From Ophelia neglecta (taxonomy: Eukaryota): a stretch of DNA of 64,000 bases. The translations under genes and the position numbers were made by a program. The notes beneath the pieces were generated by a model. The model was given only the letters and a program-made list of their open reading frames with translations, was not told the DNA's origin and did not search any database. Location: the NCBI GenBank assembly GCA_965285935.1, contig OZ260664.1, forward strand, positions 72,416,001-72,480,000, given 5' to 3'. Below are positions 1 through 13,365 of the stretch, piece after piece. The stretch's first letter is position 1. The number at the start of each line of letters is the position of its first letter.

Positions 1-480
1 GGACAATTCATTTCTTGACAAGGGTTTGAACAGATCTCATTATTTCGTTTGGAATTCGAAGAAAAACGCAAATCAATCCATAGAGCCCGTTGCATTACAT
101 TTAACACATTTTGCAACTTCATTCATTATAACATAGTGAGGGTTTACTGTGGTGTAAGAGCTGAAAGAAAAGGCATGAGAATTATGGCCATTCGTGTCTT
201 CATTGTCTATGTCTTCTTAACTTTATCTAGTCAATGGTCAGCACCCACATTACGATTTCATTTCTCTGCATTTCTACCTTAAATAAATACCGGCACTGAA
301 GCATTGAGCACTTTCCAGAAAGATTTACTCTCCACTCAATGCTTGACAAAATCCTTTCTGGACGAGTTTGAAACATTATGCTTACTGATGAGTACCTGAC
401 GGAATATTCATTCTCATGGGAATGGTCATTATGAGACATGCTCAAGTTTATTAGCTCTAAATATAGCAAAGTAAGCTTAC

Positions 481-553
481 CTACGCCACAGTAGAGTAAA
501 AGCTGCAGAGTGTGCAACACCAAGCTATTCCAATAGGGAACCATTGTCAGCAT
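481..553 (-). CDS. Probable first coding exon, hydrophobic signal/anchor-like N-terminus MLTMVPYWNSLVLHTLQLLLYCGV(G), phase-1 donor
   Basis: In-frame upstream TGA, ATG at 553 (second ATG at 544), ends AG|GTAAGC. About 43/64 nt ungapped identity to the exon at 5248-5311, with the QLLLYCG peptide conserved. Confidence 0.6.
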
Positions 554-1634
554 TGTTTCACAATCAGCATATGGTCATGCGAAACATCCATCCGTATATA
601 TGAGATTTGACCATTCTTCTGCTTTGTAGAGTAATTACAAAACTCACCAAAACGTAGAATCCTATACGAAATGACGATTAAATCATTCTAATTCTTGTAA
701 AATAACGTTTGATGGCTGATGCAGTTCCAAAACCTGAAGACCTGGTATAACACTTAGTGAATGGCAGGGATTGTGAAAACGCCCGTCCCTTAAATAAGTA
801 TCTTACTCTTGAAATGACATGTTAAAATCCCCTTAATAAGTGAAGAACACAGTACGTACGGATCACCGACCGCCTTGCCAATGACAATTGCGAGCAGCAG
901 AAGCGGATTTTGCTTGTTTGTCTCTCGGGCGTGCGCCAGCCTAAAGCGAGGGCACCTCCTTGTCAGTCTGACTCGTACTTTTTCCGCCTAAATAATGAGC
1001 ACGCGTGGTTAGAAAATAACGAGCCTGACCTTTAGCTAGTTGCAGCATTATCATCATTCGTCTGGTATAGTTCCATCATACATACCGTGTGTATATCCGT
1101 TTAAAACAGAGCTCGAAAGGGACTGTGCTGTGTTTAACCCATTATATGTGATCACCATCAATTTGTTATCATCTTATATAATCATAGAATTTAACATTGT
1201 GCCTTAAAATGTTAAAGAAACGCAAAATATTTGGTGAATTGGTACATTAAAGATTATTAGTTCCGGATAAAAAGGGAACACTGTATAGTAGTCACTGACA
1301 CTCACATGCTGATATCAAATTCCCCTATAAAGGCTTCTCTTGTAAATGTTTTAAAATAAGCACACTGAGCACACTGGGAACAAACACAATCTTTCCATAT
1401 TTCAGACTTATTCCGGAAAAAATTGCAAACAAATGGCACGTTGGATTGAGCAAGGCCATACCTGTTCTTGATGAATTAAGGATGGGTAGACACAACAACT
1501 GTAGTTTTGACGTCGATATCTGTCCCCTGAGGCGGTGAGTGCCCGTAGCAATCAGAACATCCAATATGGAACTTTTATATGGATGGAAGTCAATGGAGAC
1601 ATGACTGATAAAACAAGATTAGAGGATTTGTCAC

Positions 1635-1678
1635 CAAGAGAGCTATATGCTGTGTTCAAGAGAGCTATATGCTGTGTT
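1635..1678 (+). repeat. Perfect tandem duplication, 2 x 22 bp
   Basis: CAAGAGAGCTATATGCTGTGTT twice. Confidence 0.9.
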
Positions 1679-4600
1679 AACTTTGACATAAACATGTGCT
1701 CACACGTATTTGATTTGCATATAGTTCCCAATAGGGCAGAGTTTGTGTTCGGATGCGCCTGCTCTTTATTGCCTTGACAATACCATCACTAAATCATTGT
1801 TTTAAATTGAAATACTAAAACAGACTTATTCATAGCATTTCAGCAGAGAACATATTTATGGGCACTCATGTTGTAATACAGAGACACACTGACTAATATA
1901 TTAACAAAAAACTATCCTATGATATTAGGAAGCAGACGAGCTGGATTCAACAAGACACTCTTTGTGTGAGGAGATAAACACCAGAGGTTTATGTCAATGG
2001 CTTCAAGTCATAATGTTCGGAAAGCTAGATTCATGGTAAAGAGATACACTGTGTCCTAATCAATATTTATCGATTTATCTTTTACGGGAGCGATCAGTTT
2101 AGTGAGAAGCCTAATCTGAGAATGAAAGAAAATGTAGCTTTGATGAAACTGTTATAACACTAGTACTAGCCGTAGATAACATGTCCTTTGTTTTCTCATG
2201 GTCATGGGGGTTGGTGAACTGGGCGAGTACATTTTGGAGACAACATGGTATATTCTGTCATACATACAGTGGAACTTGTCATAAAGACCACCTCTATATT
2301 CAACCACCTTCCAACCCACATCACTACTAAGAAGACCATTAAGTACACTTTTGGTGTATATTGACAGATCACTTCCAAAATCAGACCAACATTTACCAGT
2401 GCCCTGGGAGGTCTCAAATCTCAGCTTACTGTAAATATAAATATACAGTTTCCTTCTCGTTTGATTGTGAACATCCTGGCATTCGAACAAATGTTTGTAA
2501 ATGGCTATATTTAGCATTTGCACCACTCTGATCTAAACATAGTTTAATGTTCCTTGACAGACCTGTTCTTGTATTGCAAGGTGTCAATTGAAGCATGGTT
2601 GATTGGCCGACCGCAGTTTAGTTAAGTCAACCACCAGTCTAGCCTCTATTTAATACTATCTTCTCCCAGCTAAATCTTCACCCTTAATGCAGAGCGTGTG
2701 TAACACGTTCTAAGGCATGTCACGTTATCCAAATCTCACCAGTGCAGCGTTTTGATTGATGGTTGCCTTTAATCCCTGCATGAATGTCTCCTGGCAATGT
2801 TGAGTTAGAAATCTAAACACCTAATCATACACTGCACTGAATCCACAATATTCTGGAAGCTACTGATCAGTCCTTATCTAATGGCTTCTCTGGGACGAAC
2901 TTGATTTGCATAACCCCTGTATTAAGGGCTTAATTATACCACTGTTGACTTTTTCATGCTGAAAACAATAGTCTGTTTTTGGTAAACAGCGAAAGGGACA
3001 CCTGACGCGAGCGTAGCACTGGCAGCTTGGTATCGCCTATAGTATGAATAACATAACCCAAGTCATTTACGCTCACTACGAACTATTGGTAAAAGGGTTA
3101 GGTTTGGGTTATAAAATGACAGATATTGCGTCCCTTGCACAAAGCCCAATTGTCAAGGTGGAAAAAAAATAATGAATATTATGTATGAACCTTATCAATG
3201 ATCCTAATATCTAAACCACTAGACTGATGAGTGATTTCAGTTGACCTTTTCAATGATAACCTAATCAATGATATTGGGACCGTCTATTAGTTGTTTGGTA
3301 CTAAATATTGCTAAAGTATGATATTCAATTGGTTTAAACTCAAGGTATCTTTTGCACCCTGATTCAGTTAAGAAAGCGCAAACGAGAAAGCGACCATATG
3401 GCCAACACTTCATTGGGATTATAATCTGTATACGCCGTAACGTTGCAAGTCATTTTTCGCAGTTTCACCGCTTCTGGAGCTAGCATCCAGTGATAAATGA
3501 CATAAAGCAATATTTTAACATGGCGGCCTTAGCAGACACCATGAGGGACAACTTCCTTTCAACCTCCCGTAGAAAACAAATAAACAATATGGACTACCTT
3601 CCGAGGCTTCCTACGACATACTATTTGCGTGATGGTTAGGAGAAAAGTGCTAATTTATAAAAGTACACTTTGCCATTAAGAGTGAAAGCCTCCATGCGTT
3701 ACTTTCGCAAAACACACTGGACAGCAAATATCTAGACTCTTCCTAGTCCGTGACCACAAGGAAGGGGCCGGGAGTAATGGCGACCTTTCTACTAACTGGC
3801 ATAAACGTAGCGTTACGACTTTGGATGATCGATGACGAAGGAGCTCTTCCCAACATAACTACAAACTGAGACTGCTAACAAAGGGATGAAATATGAAATA
3901 GGTCTCTTGCAGTGACCTGCTTTCCTAAGCACTTGCCTTAAATACCTGCTTTCTCGTTTACGACTGGCTGGGCGTTTTTTCTACTTACTGATAACATTAT
4001 TTGCAAGGTAAAACATAGACCCAGCACTGATATCGAACAAGGTTTGTGGTTACACGGGGCTAGTGTGTAGTCAGGGTTCTATGATATTTACTGACCGATG
4101 TCATTGATTCCTTTAAGCACACCCCGCGCCATTTATTCTCCAATCAGCGGCCCAGTGCTCTGCATTCCGCTGCCCTCACCTTAATCGGATGGCGGCGATT
4201 GCCAATTTCCCTCCACTAACGGTAATGTGACATGGTTAGGGCCGAGTTAGGGCTGTCAGGTAGCTAACTTATTTTTCAAATGTTTCAACACGATGAATTG
4301 ACATAGCATCCTGATATAAGTGGCAGTTTTGAAATTACTGGTGCTTGATACATTTAAGAAACATGGCTAAGCCTACAGGAAAGTTTATTGCACCCGCGTT
4401 TGAATCACATTAACTATTTGACATCAGTATCAGAAGATATAACAATCTTTTAATGTTCCACTCCTAAACTGAAGACGCGAAAACCCATTTCTTAAACAAT
4501 CAAGACAGCACAGGTTTGGTTACCAATGTACCTTTCGAAATCATCACATTTGAAAACAAAGTAGTGGTGCACACGATATGCTATTTCATGACATACCTAG

Positions 4601-5247
4601 CTGATTTCAGAATTGTATTATTTATTGTTAAGACGAGCTATGTTACTTAATAGTGTAGCTCAAATATCTCCATACTATCGAGAACCGCTTAGAGTCTATC
4701 AATACCGATTTAATATGTGGACCTGATCAATACCTAGACAAAGAAAGCCGACGCCGTGTTGAGTATCCTTTTCCTTGTACGTGATCCATCCAGGATTTTA
4801 TGTGCAAGGCGAGCGACTTTTGCCGATGGCGCGGTCCGGTCATGAAGGCTAGGACATGATTTACCAATACCAAACATGGATCAGAACCTGGCCAATTACC
4901 AGGGAGCCCAGCAAAGCAGAAAACATGATAGCCGCAAGGGTAAATGGTAACACATTAGAGAATATTAATGCAGGTATTAAGGAAACATTGAGGTAATATC
5001 TTGCCATTGCAACAGATATATGTATAGATATATCAATGTATGAAGCTCAGTAACATTTAGACAAACACACACAGTAATTTGAAAACAGGTAATTATTGGG
5101 CACAGCCGATTGTAAGTATATTTTTTAGTGCAACGACTAGCGTTAAATAACAGTGCCGGACATAATGTCCCTACCTCATTTCAAAGCCGAATAGGCATTT
5201 GGTTTTAACATTAATGGCAAAATGACCAAATATTTGAAATTACTTAC

Positions 5248-5328
5248 CAAGGCCACAATATAGCAGAAGCTGCATGTTTTGCAACACATATTTAATCCAG
5301 TTGCTACTCATTTCTATGAGTGATGTGT
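5248..5328 (-). CDS. Probable exon encoding MSSNWIKYVLQNMQLLLYCGL(G) (ATG at 5311), paralog of 481-553
   Basis: Acceptor GCTTCAG| at 5329, donor TG|GTAAGT at 5247, 81-nt length, open in the phase-1 frame, homologous to 481-544. Too short to appear in the ORF track. Confidence 0.6.
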
Positions 5329-7852
5329 CTGAAGCATTCAGCAATGTGTGTGAATTTCCTAATCTGACCACAGATTCTTTACGGTTGTGTATCCATCCTC
5401 ATGAGCTATGCGCGACCTTTATTAACCAATGCAGATTTAGCTTCTTCACGCTGCAGCTGGTCAATTACCGAGAAATAGTCCGTGGCCACAGGAGGGGCAG
5501 CGATGTACTTTCTCCTCCCGCCTAGTCAATAGCAGATAAAAGGAAGTTAATGCCAGGAGATAAAGACTTTCAAAACAGCCTTGAAACCTTGTTTCCGGGC
5601 TCTATCGGCATCTCACGCAGAACCTAACGCCTTTATCATCGGCGCTTGCTCGCGCTCTTTCCTGAGGCACATGGGCGGCCAGTTGCATCTCACCATTTCT
5701 GTTAAAATTAATTTGATCCTAGCTATTGCAGCTTTATGTCACTCAGTGTTATTATTCTCAATCATAACTCGCTTTTATTTTCACGATAAAATCAAAATAT
5801 CACCCGTTACCCGACAAATTATATAATATAAGGCATAATGCATTACTTGATTTTTTTCTGAAATCCCTTTTATTCGTCTTATGACCAGATTTTTTATAAT
5901 GTATCATTGTTTAGACGCGAAATGAATTTGAATTTCCTATCTAGTCCAATCATTAAACAACTTTACTACATGTTGACATTTACCTATAAACAAGACATTC
6001 GTCTGCACACCCACTTGGGAAATTCCGGTAGGTCAACAAGCCCCGTTTATTGTCGTAAAGAAGCCCCTGATTCATTCAAGGTCTCCTCGTAATAATGAAA
6101 GCAAGTCATATTGGATGAGGCGACTGCTAACAATTAACGATAAAAACGTCACGATCCCCATGCAGATGGTAACTTACCACGACAACTTACGACACTGTCA
6201 ACAAGATTTCGCTCTGAAATTGTATTCCAGTATCCTACTCGGCGAAAATAGTTGCTATATTAATTGAAACATTGAAAGCTTAATTATGGGGCGACGTTCG
6301 CTCTCCAAATAGGGAGATGGCAATAAACGATTATATATAGCTGTATATTTTAAACATATATTGTGTTTACAGATAATCCAAATGATGAGGCAAACGCGCT
6401 CATATCATATTGTACCTCCAAATGCTAAAACATAATTTAGACCCATATTATTTAAAAAAAACTAGGTTGTTACCAATATTGCACCCATTTTATAATTGGT
6501 ATGGAAAATTGAATACTTTAATCTCCACTTTGGCAAATATACAAATTAATAATTCATTAAAAAGAACTCTAAATTCCCTTGGCTTTGCGTTTTTTGCCGA
6601 ATAAGCCGGCAAGTAAAACAGATAAAATATAAAAATATAAGTTTATACACAGGCAGAATTATATTAAAAATTTTCCATATAAATATCTATTGCCGAACTT
6701 GGTTTAGCTCGATAAAAGATTGAAATCATAGCCACCGAGAAGGGCTCTAACAATGCCCCGATTTGATGCATTGGATATATCGATAGAAAAGATGCCAAAC
6801 ATGGCATGTGCTGGTTTTCTTGGCAACGTCCTGCATTAAAATTCAACATTGTGTGCTACCAAATAAGAGTCTTAGCATGCAAACACATGTTACAATGGGA
6901 AGTGAATTACTCCAATTGCGACATTTATGGGTGTGGCTGAATACCTGATCGTGAGAAGCTGCTATGGAAGGTGCCAAAGGTTATAAATATTGTGGCCCAA
7001 CTGTAGGTGTGGCATGTAGATTGGTAACTGATGTCCCGATAATGGACCTTGAACAAACAAATAAACTAACCTGAAATACAAGGCAATGTTAGCTGGAATG
7101 TATCTACAAACATTCTACTTTAAAAGTGAATCGATCATGAGGCAAGGAACAACGATTTGGTGTTAAACGTTCGCGAGTCGATTTGAGACAAAGAGGATAT
7201 GTTATGTATTAGGTCAGGAGAACAGATAGCATATTTGTCAGAGGACGCCATTATTGTCTACATTATTTGTAATGGCCTAATATAGAATGAGTTTTGTTTT
7301 GCCCAAATGGAGAAAGTAAATGTACCGAGCAATTCTTTCGTATATGAACTTTGTTGCTACTTTTATAAACTACTCCTAATCTACTTTTTATAATTGCCCC
7401 TTACCAGATTGAGTTTTGAATTTTCACCGATAGGACCCATAATATACCCCAAGCTATTTATCTTTACGTTATACTCCTAAATGCTGCACAAATGTCTTTG
7501 TCTAGACAAATCGTCTGCGGTACAAATAGTCTCAGTTAAACTCGTGCACGTTATCTGGCAAGTGTTTGTCGTTTTTATTGGAGTGGACATGCCATGATTT
7601 TTTCTGAACGTTGTTACGCAACAAATTGGGAAATATATAAAAAAAAAAGGCTCGTCATCTTGCAATTTCTTTCGATTTCAACCTTATTGACTGGCTTAGA
7701 ATATTTCAAAACGCAAGCGATCGTGAATAAACAATGTTTGCTAGAAATCCGCCAGCCAGAAGAGTACTTTCTCAGATAAATAAATGTAGTTCAAATATAT
7801 TATATATAACTATAATTGACCCAGGAGGCTCTCGCCTGCAACCTACTCCTAC

Positions 7853-8023
7853 CTTGGCTCCGATGGCAAACCGCACCCGTTGAGCGCATGGGCCGGACAT
7901 GTAGGGTTCGTATCGCCCGATGTAGGTACGCGTATAATCATTAAGACCATCATAGACTCTCCGAGGGCCTATTTTATCGCTGTCCTGCGCTGACGACTGG
8001 TTTTCTGCTCTGACCCGCATCAT
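7853..8023 (-). CDS. Candidate 57-codon first exon MMRVRAENQ...SGPCAQRVRFAIGAK; product not identified
   Basis: GC-rich island in AT-rich DNA, open frame from ATG 8023, phase-0 donor AAG|GTAGGA at the edge of the island. Confidence 0.3.
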
Positions 8024-11000
8024 GGAAAACTTGTGACTAACGTTACTTCTCGTTGCGTGTTTTATCTAGTTTATGTTTTCATTTTTTATTATTATATTTG
8101 CATTATAAGTTTATTTGCCCTTTGGTAGCTAGAGATTGATATATTAATGTGTGGGGGACTGTGGCTGGTGGGTGCTGATTATTTCGGATTAAATGTTCTT
8201 TTTGGTGATTTGGCTTTTTCGGCCGGGTACCCATTACAATTTTTTCTTCTAACAAACTTCTAAAGCATAGTATGCATCAAAGGCAAATAATTTCAAAACT
8301 AAAAAATTGGGAGTGACTAATTAAGATATCTTTCCTAATAACCAGCCCATTACCTATGATCAGTATTATAACTTTTCAAACCGTATTAAATTCTTGACGG
8401 GCAATCAAATGGAAATCGATCAATTATTTTGTTATCCAAAAACTATGAGTCACTTTGAATACCTGCCGGTTTATTGTGGTTTTCGGGCTCATGAGTCGTG
8501 TGACATTCGTCTCGAGTACATAGCACTCACCAACCGTGTCAAAGCTTAACAATATAGACATTGAACGCACTAAGGATAATTGGTTTCTGCATCTATGTGT
8601 TGAAAAGCTGGGAATAGAGACTCCAGGAGGCGGGGTAATTATCACGAATGAAACTTCACGGAAATGCACATTACATGCATTGCCTAAAGGTAATTCAATG
8701 CAGGGATGACAGCTTGTATACGCCCATAAAAACTGCTTCTACTGGAAACATTGGTGTCACGGGGATGCGATAGCTTTGGTCTGAATGTGGGTGTCAAGGA
8801 ATTTCTTCGCTGTCATGGTACACAGAATGAGCAATGCTTTTATGCCAGAGCAAAGCACCGTTTGTTCATGGGAATCATGAATGTAGACAGTCCCATCTAC
8901 CCGCCCCACGCCCGCAACCCCTTCAATGTCTAAATAATAACCGACGCAGCTGGTTTTAAAGTTAGTTATTATTGGCAGTATAAACTAGCATACATCAATA
9001 TACCTTCAATTTCTCACTATAAAGAAGGGGCATTGACATTTATCGTTACTATTTTACTATATTGTGCGTCTTGCTATCGTTGCAGTGTGGGATCCATGGA
9101 ACTCACAGTCTATATTGTCTGCTACTGTTAGCCATGGGAAAACGAGAGATCGTTCATTGCATTCAAATGCTAACGAACCGACGTAATGGCAAAACGTTAC
9201 CAGTCATAGGCTAAAAGACAAAGAAGTCTGCGTTCAATGTGGTTCAGGAAATAGTTAAGACGTTCTTTCTTATCTTTGACAAGCTGAACAAAGGCTGCAA
9301 TTTTGTTAACTATTTTTGGCGGTAATTATAAAGTATAAAGATATTTCCAGCTGTAATTGACTTTTATATAGTCTGTATTATTACGAGGTATTGTGTTTTT
9401 AAGTGAGAAAGGTAATACCGAGTCAAATCTGCATACATTTGGTTAAGAAAAAGAAAACGTCGGTAAGTTCTTTCATATACCATAGGCATTGGCCCGTCAT
9501 GACAATGGTACTGTGATAACGGGCGTCGATAGTAAAGAATATTCAAATCAGTGTTCATATTCTGTTGTACCATAGCAGGCTTGTAATGAACGAATGTCTT
9601 AGATCATGCAGTTGGTTTACATGTTGGTGGCAAAAGTGCAATTGCACTCGGTTGAATTTGCCGAGTTATTGAAATATTTTAATATGAGAATATCAAATCT
9701 GTCTCATTTGTGAATTATAAAATCATAGAGTCGAATTATAAGTTAGTCTAAAAATTATAGTATATTACTTCAGATAGGCACATTTTCTGCAGGATGTAAA
9801 GGATTATGTATAGTTTGAACTACGTTAAAATAAAAAATAATGTTGCTTTTGCAATATATTCATTAAAAAATCGAACACTCAAAAACAATAAATTATGCTT
9901 TATCGTGAAAAATAAAACGAATGGAAATGTGAATCAGAATATAACCTGAATGAACCTTTATGATGTTGATGAAATGTATCATCTATTGCCTCAATTTTTG
10001 AAGTTATTTGAAATAATGGGATCAGAAAAACATGTACTGCGTTGCGTACAAGCTACTATGTGTTAGAAATTACGACAAATATACCCATTTCGTTAAATGA
10101 GAGTGAATTAACAAGAAACATATTTAAAGGAGATTCCTAAAAAACTTTAATTATCTCTGGAAAGTATGTGTCAAACAAATTATTTTCAGTACTTTCAATA
10201 GTTTAATTTTGAGAAACTAAATATCAGAATTCTACAGTAGGAAGAATAAGTTAATTGGTCATCTAAGATGAGTGTTAATCTTATTTTATTCCATAGGTAT
10301 TTCCATAACTAATTAATGTTCATATAGTTCTGCATATTCTATAACATCTCAATGATATTCACAAACGGAAAGGGACATTGCTTCGCTTTCAGATGGTTGA
10401 AATAAGAACCGAAACTAACTGTCTTTTCAAGGACAAGTCCTACAACATTACAGACATTATTGATTGTTCCTTTCTTGTCAGATCCTTGAATTCTCACATA
10501 ACACACAAACATTTCGCAGCAAAACTTAACTATGCGTAAAAAAAACCCTTCTCCTCGGATTTTTAGAGACTATTGATTGTCTTTTAATGACAAATCTGAA
10601 ACAAATATCATTAAATGTCCTTGTACTGGCTAGAATTTTTAGTCATTTGAGTTAGCGCAGAATCTGCTGTGAACAAACAAAGAGATTCTTCAAAATTTGT
10701 GTTTACACAACATTGGGTATGACAGTCTAGTAGGGTGAGACATACAAACATTCTATTAGAGTTGTAATGTTGGTCAATCGTGTAAACGTAAGTGACCGAG
10801 TGACATGATTTATTTTTAAAACGTACTGTTTAATCGCATTAATTCAGTTTCAGTAAGCTAGAAATGATCACATATGCGTGAATTCATGGCCCTTGAAAGA
10901 TCCGTGTGGTATAATGGTGGCTCAAACACATTACTATTGTAAGTACTGAGGAACCACATGTGGCTTGAAAAATATATTTGGGATAAGCACACTTTCTAAA

Positions 11001-13211
11001 GAATATTATTTCACAAATGGGAAATAATAAGGATAGCGGTTTAAGATATGTATTACTTCTTTGAGAAATCGAGCCTTTACAAGTCTTTGAGCCCCATTAT
11101 GGACAAATAATCCGAAGTAGTAAGTGAATACCTGCGTTCTTGAACATGATATTAGTTGTACAGAATCAGTATAATTCAACTAGTAAGAACAGCATCAATC
11201 GACTCCTTTGTTTCATACATACCAAGGCAACTACAGAAAAACTATGCGAACATCAAATATGTATATACGAACAATAAATAACAACGAGTGTAAACAATTT
11301 GTTTTAGTGTTTGTCACAGAATTATTCGGACAAAGTGTAGACAAGAATCTTTAAGCGCTTCAAGATACAATAAGCTATACAGACACATAGATAAATGGTT
11401 TTGTTGCTTCTGGGGACACTTTAATAAACAGAAATTTAGAATAAAATGAAATTAAGTAAATAAAAACATTCCGATCTAAATCAAGATGCTTCTAACACGT
11501 ATTGTAATGCAAAATTGTTCCTTGTCACTTTATGTTCTCTAAAACTATCAACCATGAATGAGGACTTATAATGCGGAAATGATCATATAAGCTGAACAAT
11601 ATTTGTTTTTATATATGGCTTGGCAATTTGTATTTAATGTATCACGTTCCCTGATTTTGACCAGGTAGCATGTGTGGGAGTGATCATGAGCTGGAGAAAG
11701 CTCACTTTCTTGCGGTATGTGTGTTTCAGAACGAGTCTCCCAGCCGTAAAAAAAAGGGAATTGGTACCCGGCGAACAAAGCAAATTTATTGCTCAGAGAA
11801 TAGTCTTTTACAACAGTCGGAAGTCACAAGGAACAGTCAAAGCCAACATGCATCATTCCCCAGCTCTAAAACTACGAATAAACTGGTAATGCAACAAATA
11901 TAAAAAAAAGTTACTTGAACTAACTTTCAATGGGAAAGAGTAAAATGATTTTCCATGATGCTAGACGGAGAACAAAAAACGGAACAGGGTTCAAAATATG
12001 ACAGAGATGAAACAAGCCTCAGGAGAGTATATGGCGGTTTGAATACCCCTCATAATTTAAGGGACTAAGGATTAGATTGTCTATTTAAACTAGAGAGCAA
12101 AACAGGGGCTCAAAGGGCCTTGCAAATTTAAGAGGAAATTATTAAGAAGAACCTAGAAAAATCCTTTACATCGGCCCACATTATCAGGAACATCCACCTT
12201 CAGGCCATTAAGTCCCAATTTCATACTCGAAATTTGGCTTCTAATAAAATTAAACAATTATTTTACTATTTCACCGATAATGAGGAGTTCATGACTTGTG
12301 AACAATATGAATAAATAACAAACCATAAACGCATAACTAGTGTAGTATATAAATAATATTTGAAATCTGAAAAGAAATTACTTTTAATCGACACTACATA
12401 GGAGACGAAGCAAACGTATAGCTAGCCCTGCCATGAGTGGAATTGATCACTCAAACCCATCGGAATATGTTGCCTACTGTATATTCTAGTTAGTTTCTGG
12501 AATGTGTTGTATGATCTAATTGCACCACTGTGTAAAATAGCATTTGTAAGATTTGGTTGGTTGTTTCGGGTTTTCGTACGTGGTTTCATTTTGAAGATAA
12601 TACTTAACCAGGCCCAACTGAAAACACACATAGCTGCAAGCCAAAAAATTACTTAGTACACTGCCTCCCGATGCGAAACATGTACAAATAATTTAGAGCT
12701 ACCGGTTCACTTTTCAACCTGCCAATATTACATTAACAGTTAAAATTTCTATGAAATGCACAACCGATAAGTTATTTTATGTATTGCAATGCTGCAAGAA
12801 ATATAACATCGGGCAAACAAAAACTCGCTCAGGAAAGGATCGCAAAGGAATAAACAAAAATGATCCTACTCTTAGAACTTTGCAAAATGTGCCGTTCATA
12901 TAGATATGCCGCTCGGAAAATCTTTTGGGACACTAAGGAAAATTTTTATTATGATACTTAAAACAGAACTACAAACAAATTAAATAACTAGCAAGGCAGA
13001 CCGAATCCGAAAACACTAAATGTTATTTGTTGTAATGGCAAGTTATGTCATACAGAGATGGCCGTACGCATTTATCAACGATACCACTGTATTTCCTGCT
13101 AAACAGTATATATTGAACAAGGATACGCCATGTCCTCAAGTTATAACAGTTGCTGTTATTATCATATAAATGTCATGGACATGTAAGCAATAGTAAATGA
13201 TATAAAGAATT

Positions 13212-13365
13212 NNNNNNNNNNNNNNNNNNNNNNNNNNNNNNNNNNNNNNNNNNNNNNNNNNNNNNNNNNNNNNNNNNNNNNNNNNNNNNNNNNNNNNNNN
13301 NNNNNNNNNNNNNNNNNNNNNNNNNNNNNNNNNNNNNNNNNNNNNNNNNNNNNNNNNNNNNNNNN
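13212..13365. other. Assembly gap (154 N)
   Basis: Run of n characters. Confidence 1.

Noticed and set aside
2152-2526. 124-aa minus-strand ORF as the body of the QLLLYCG gene
   Set aside because: The best acceptor gives phase 2, not phase 1, and no domain is recognisable.
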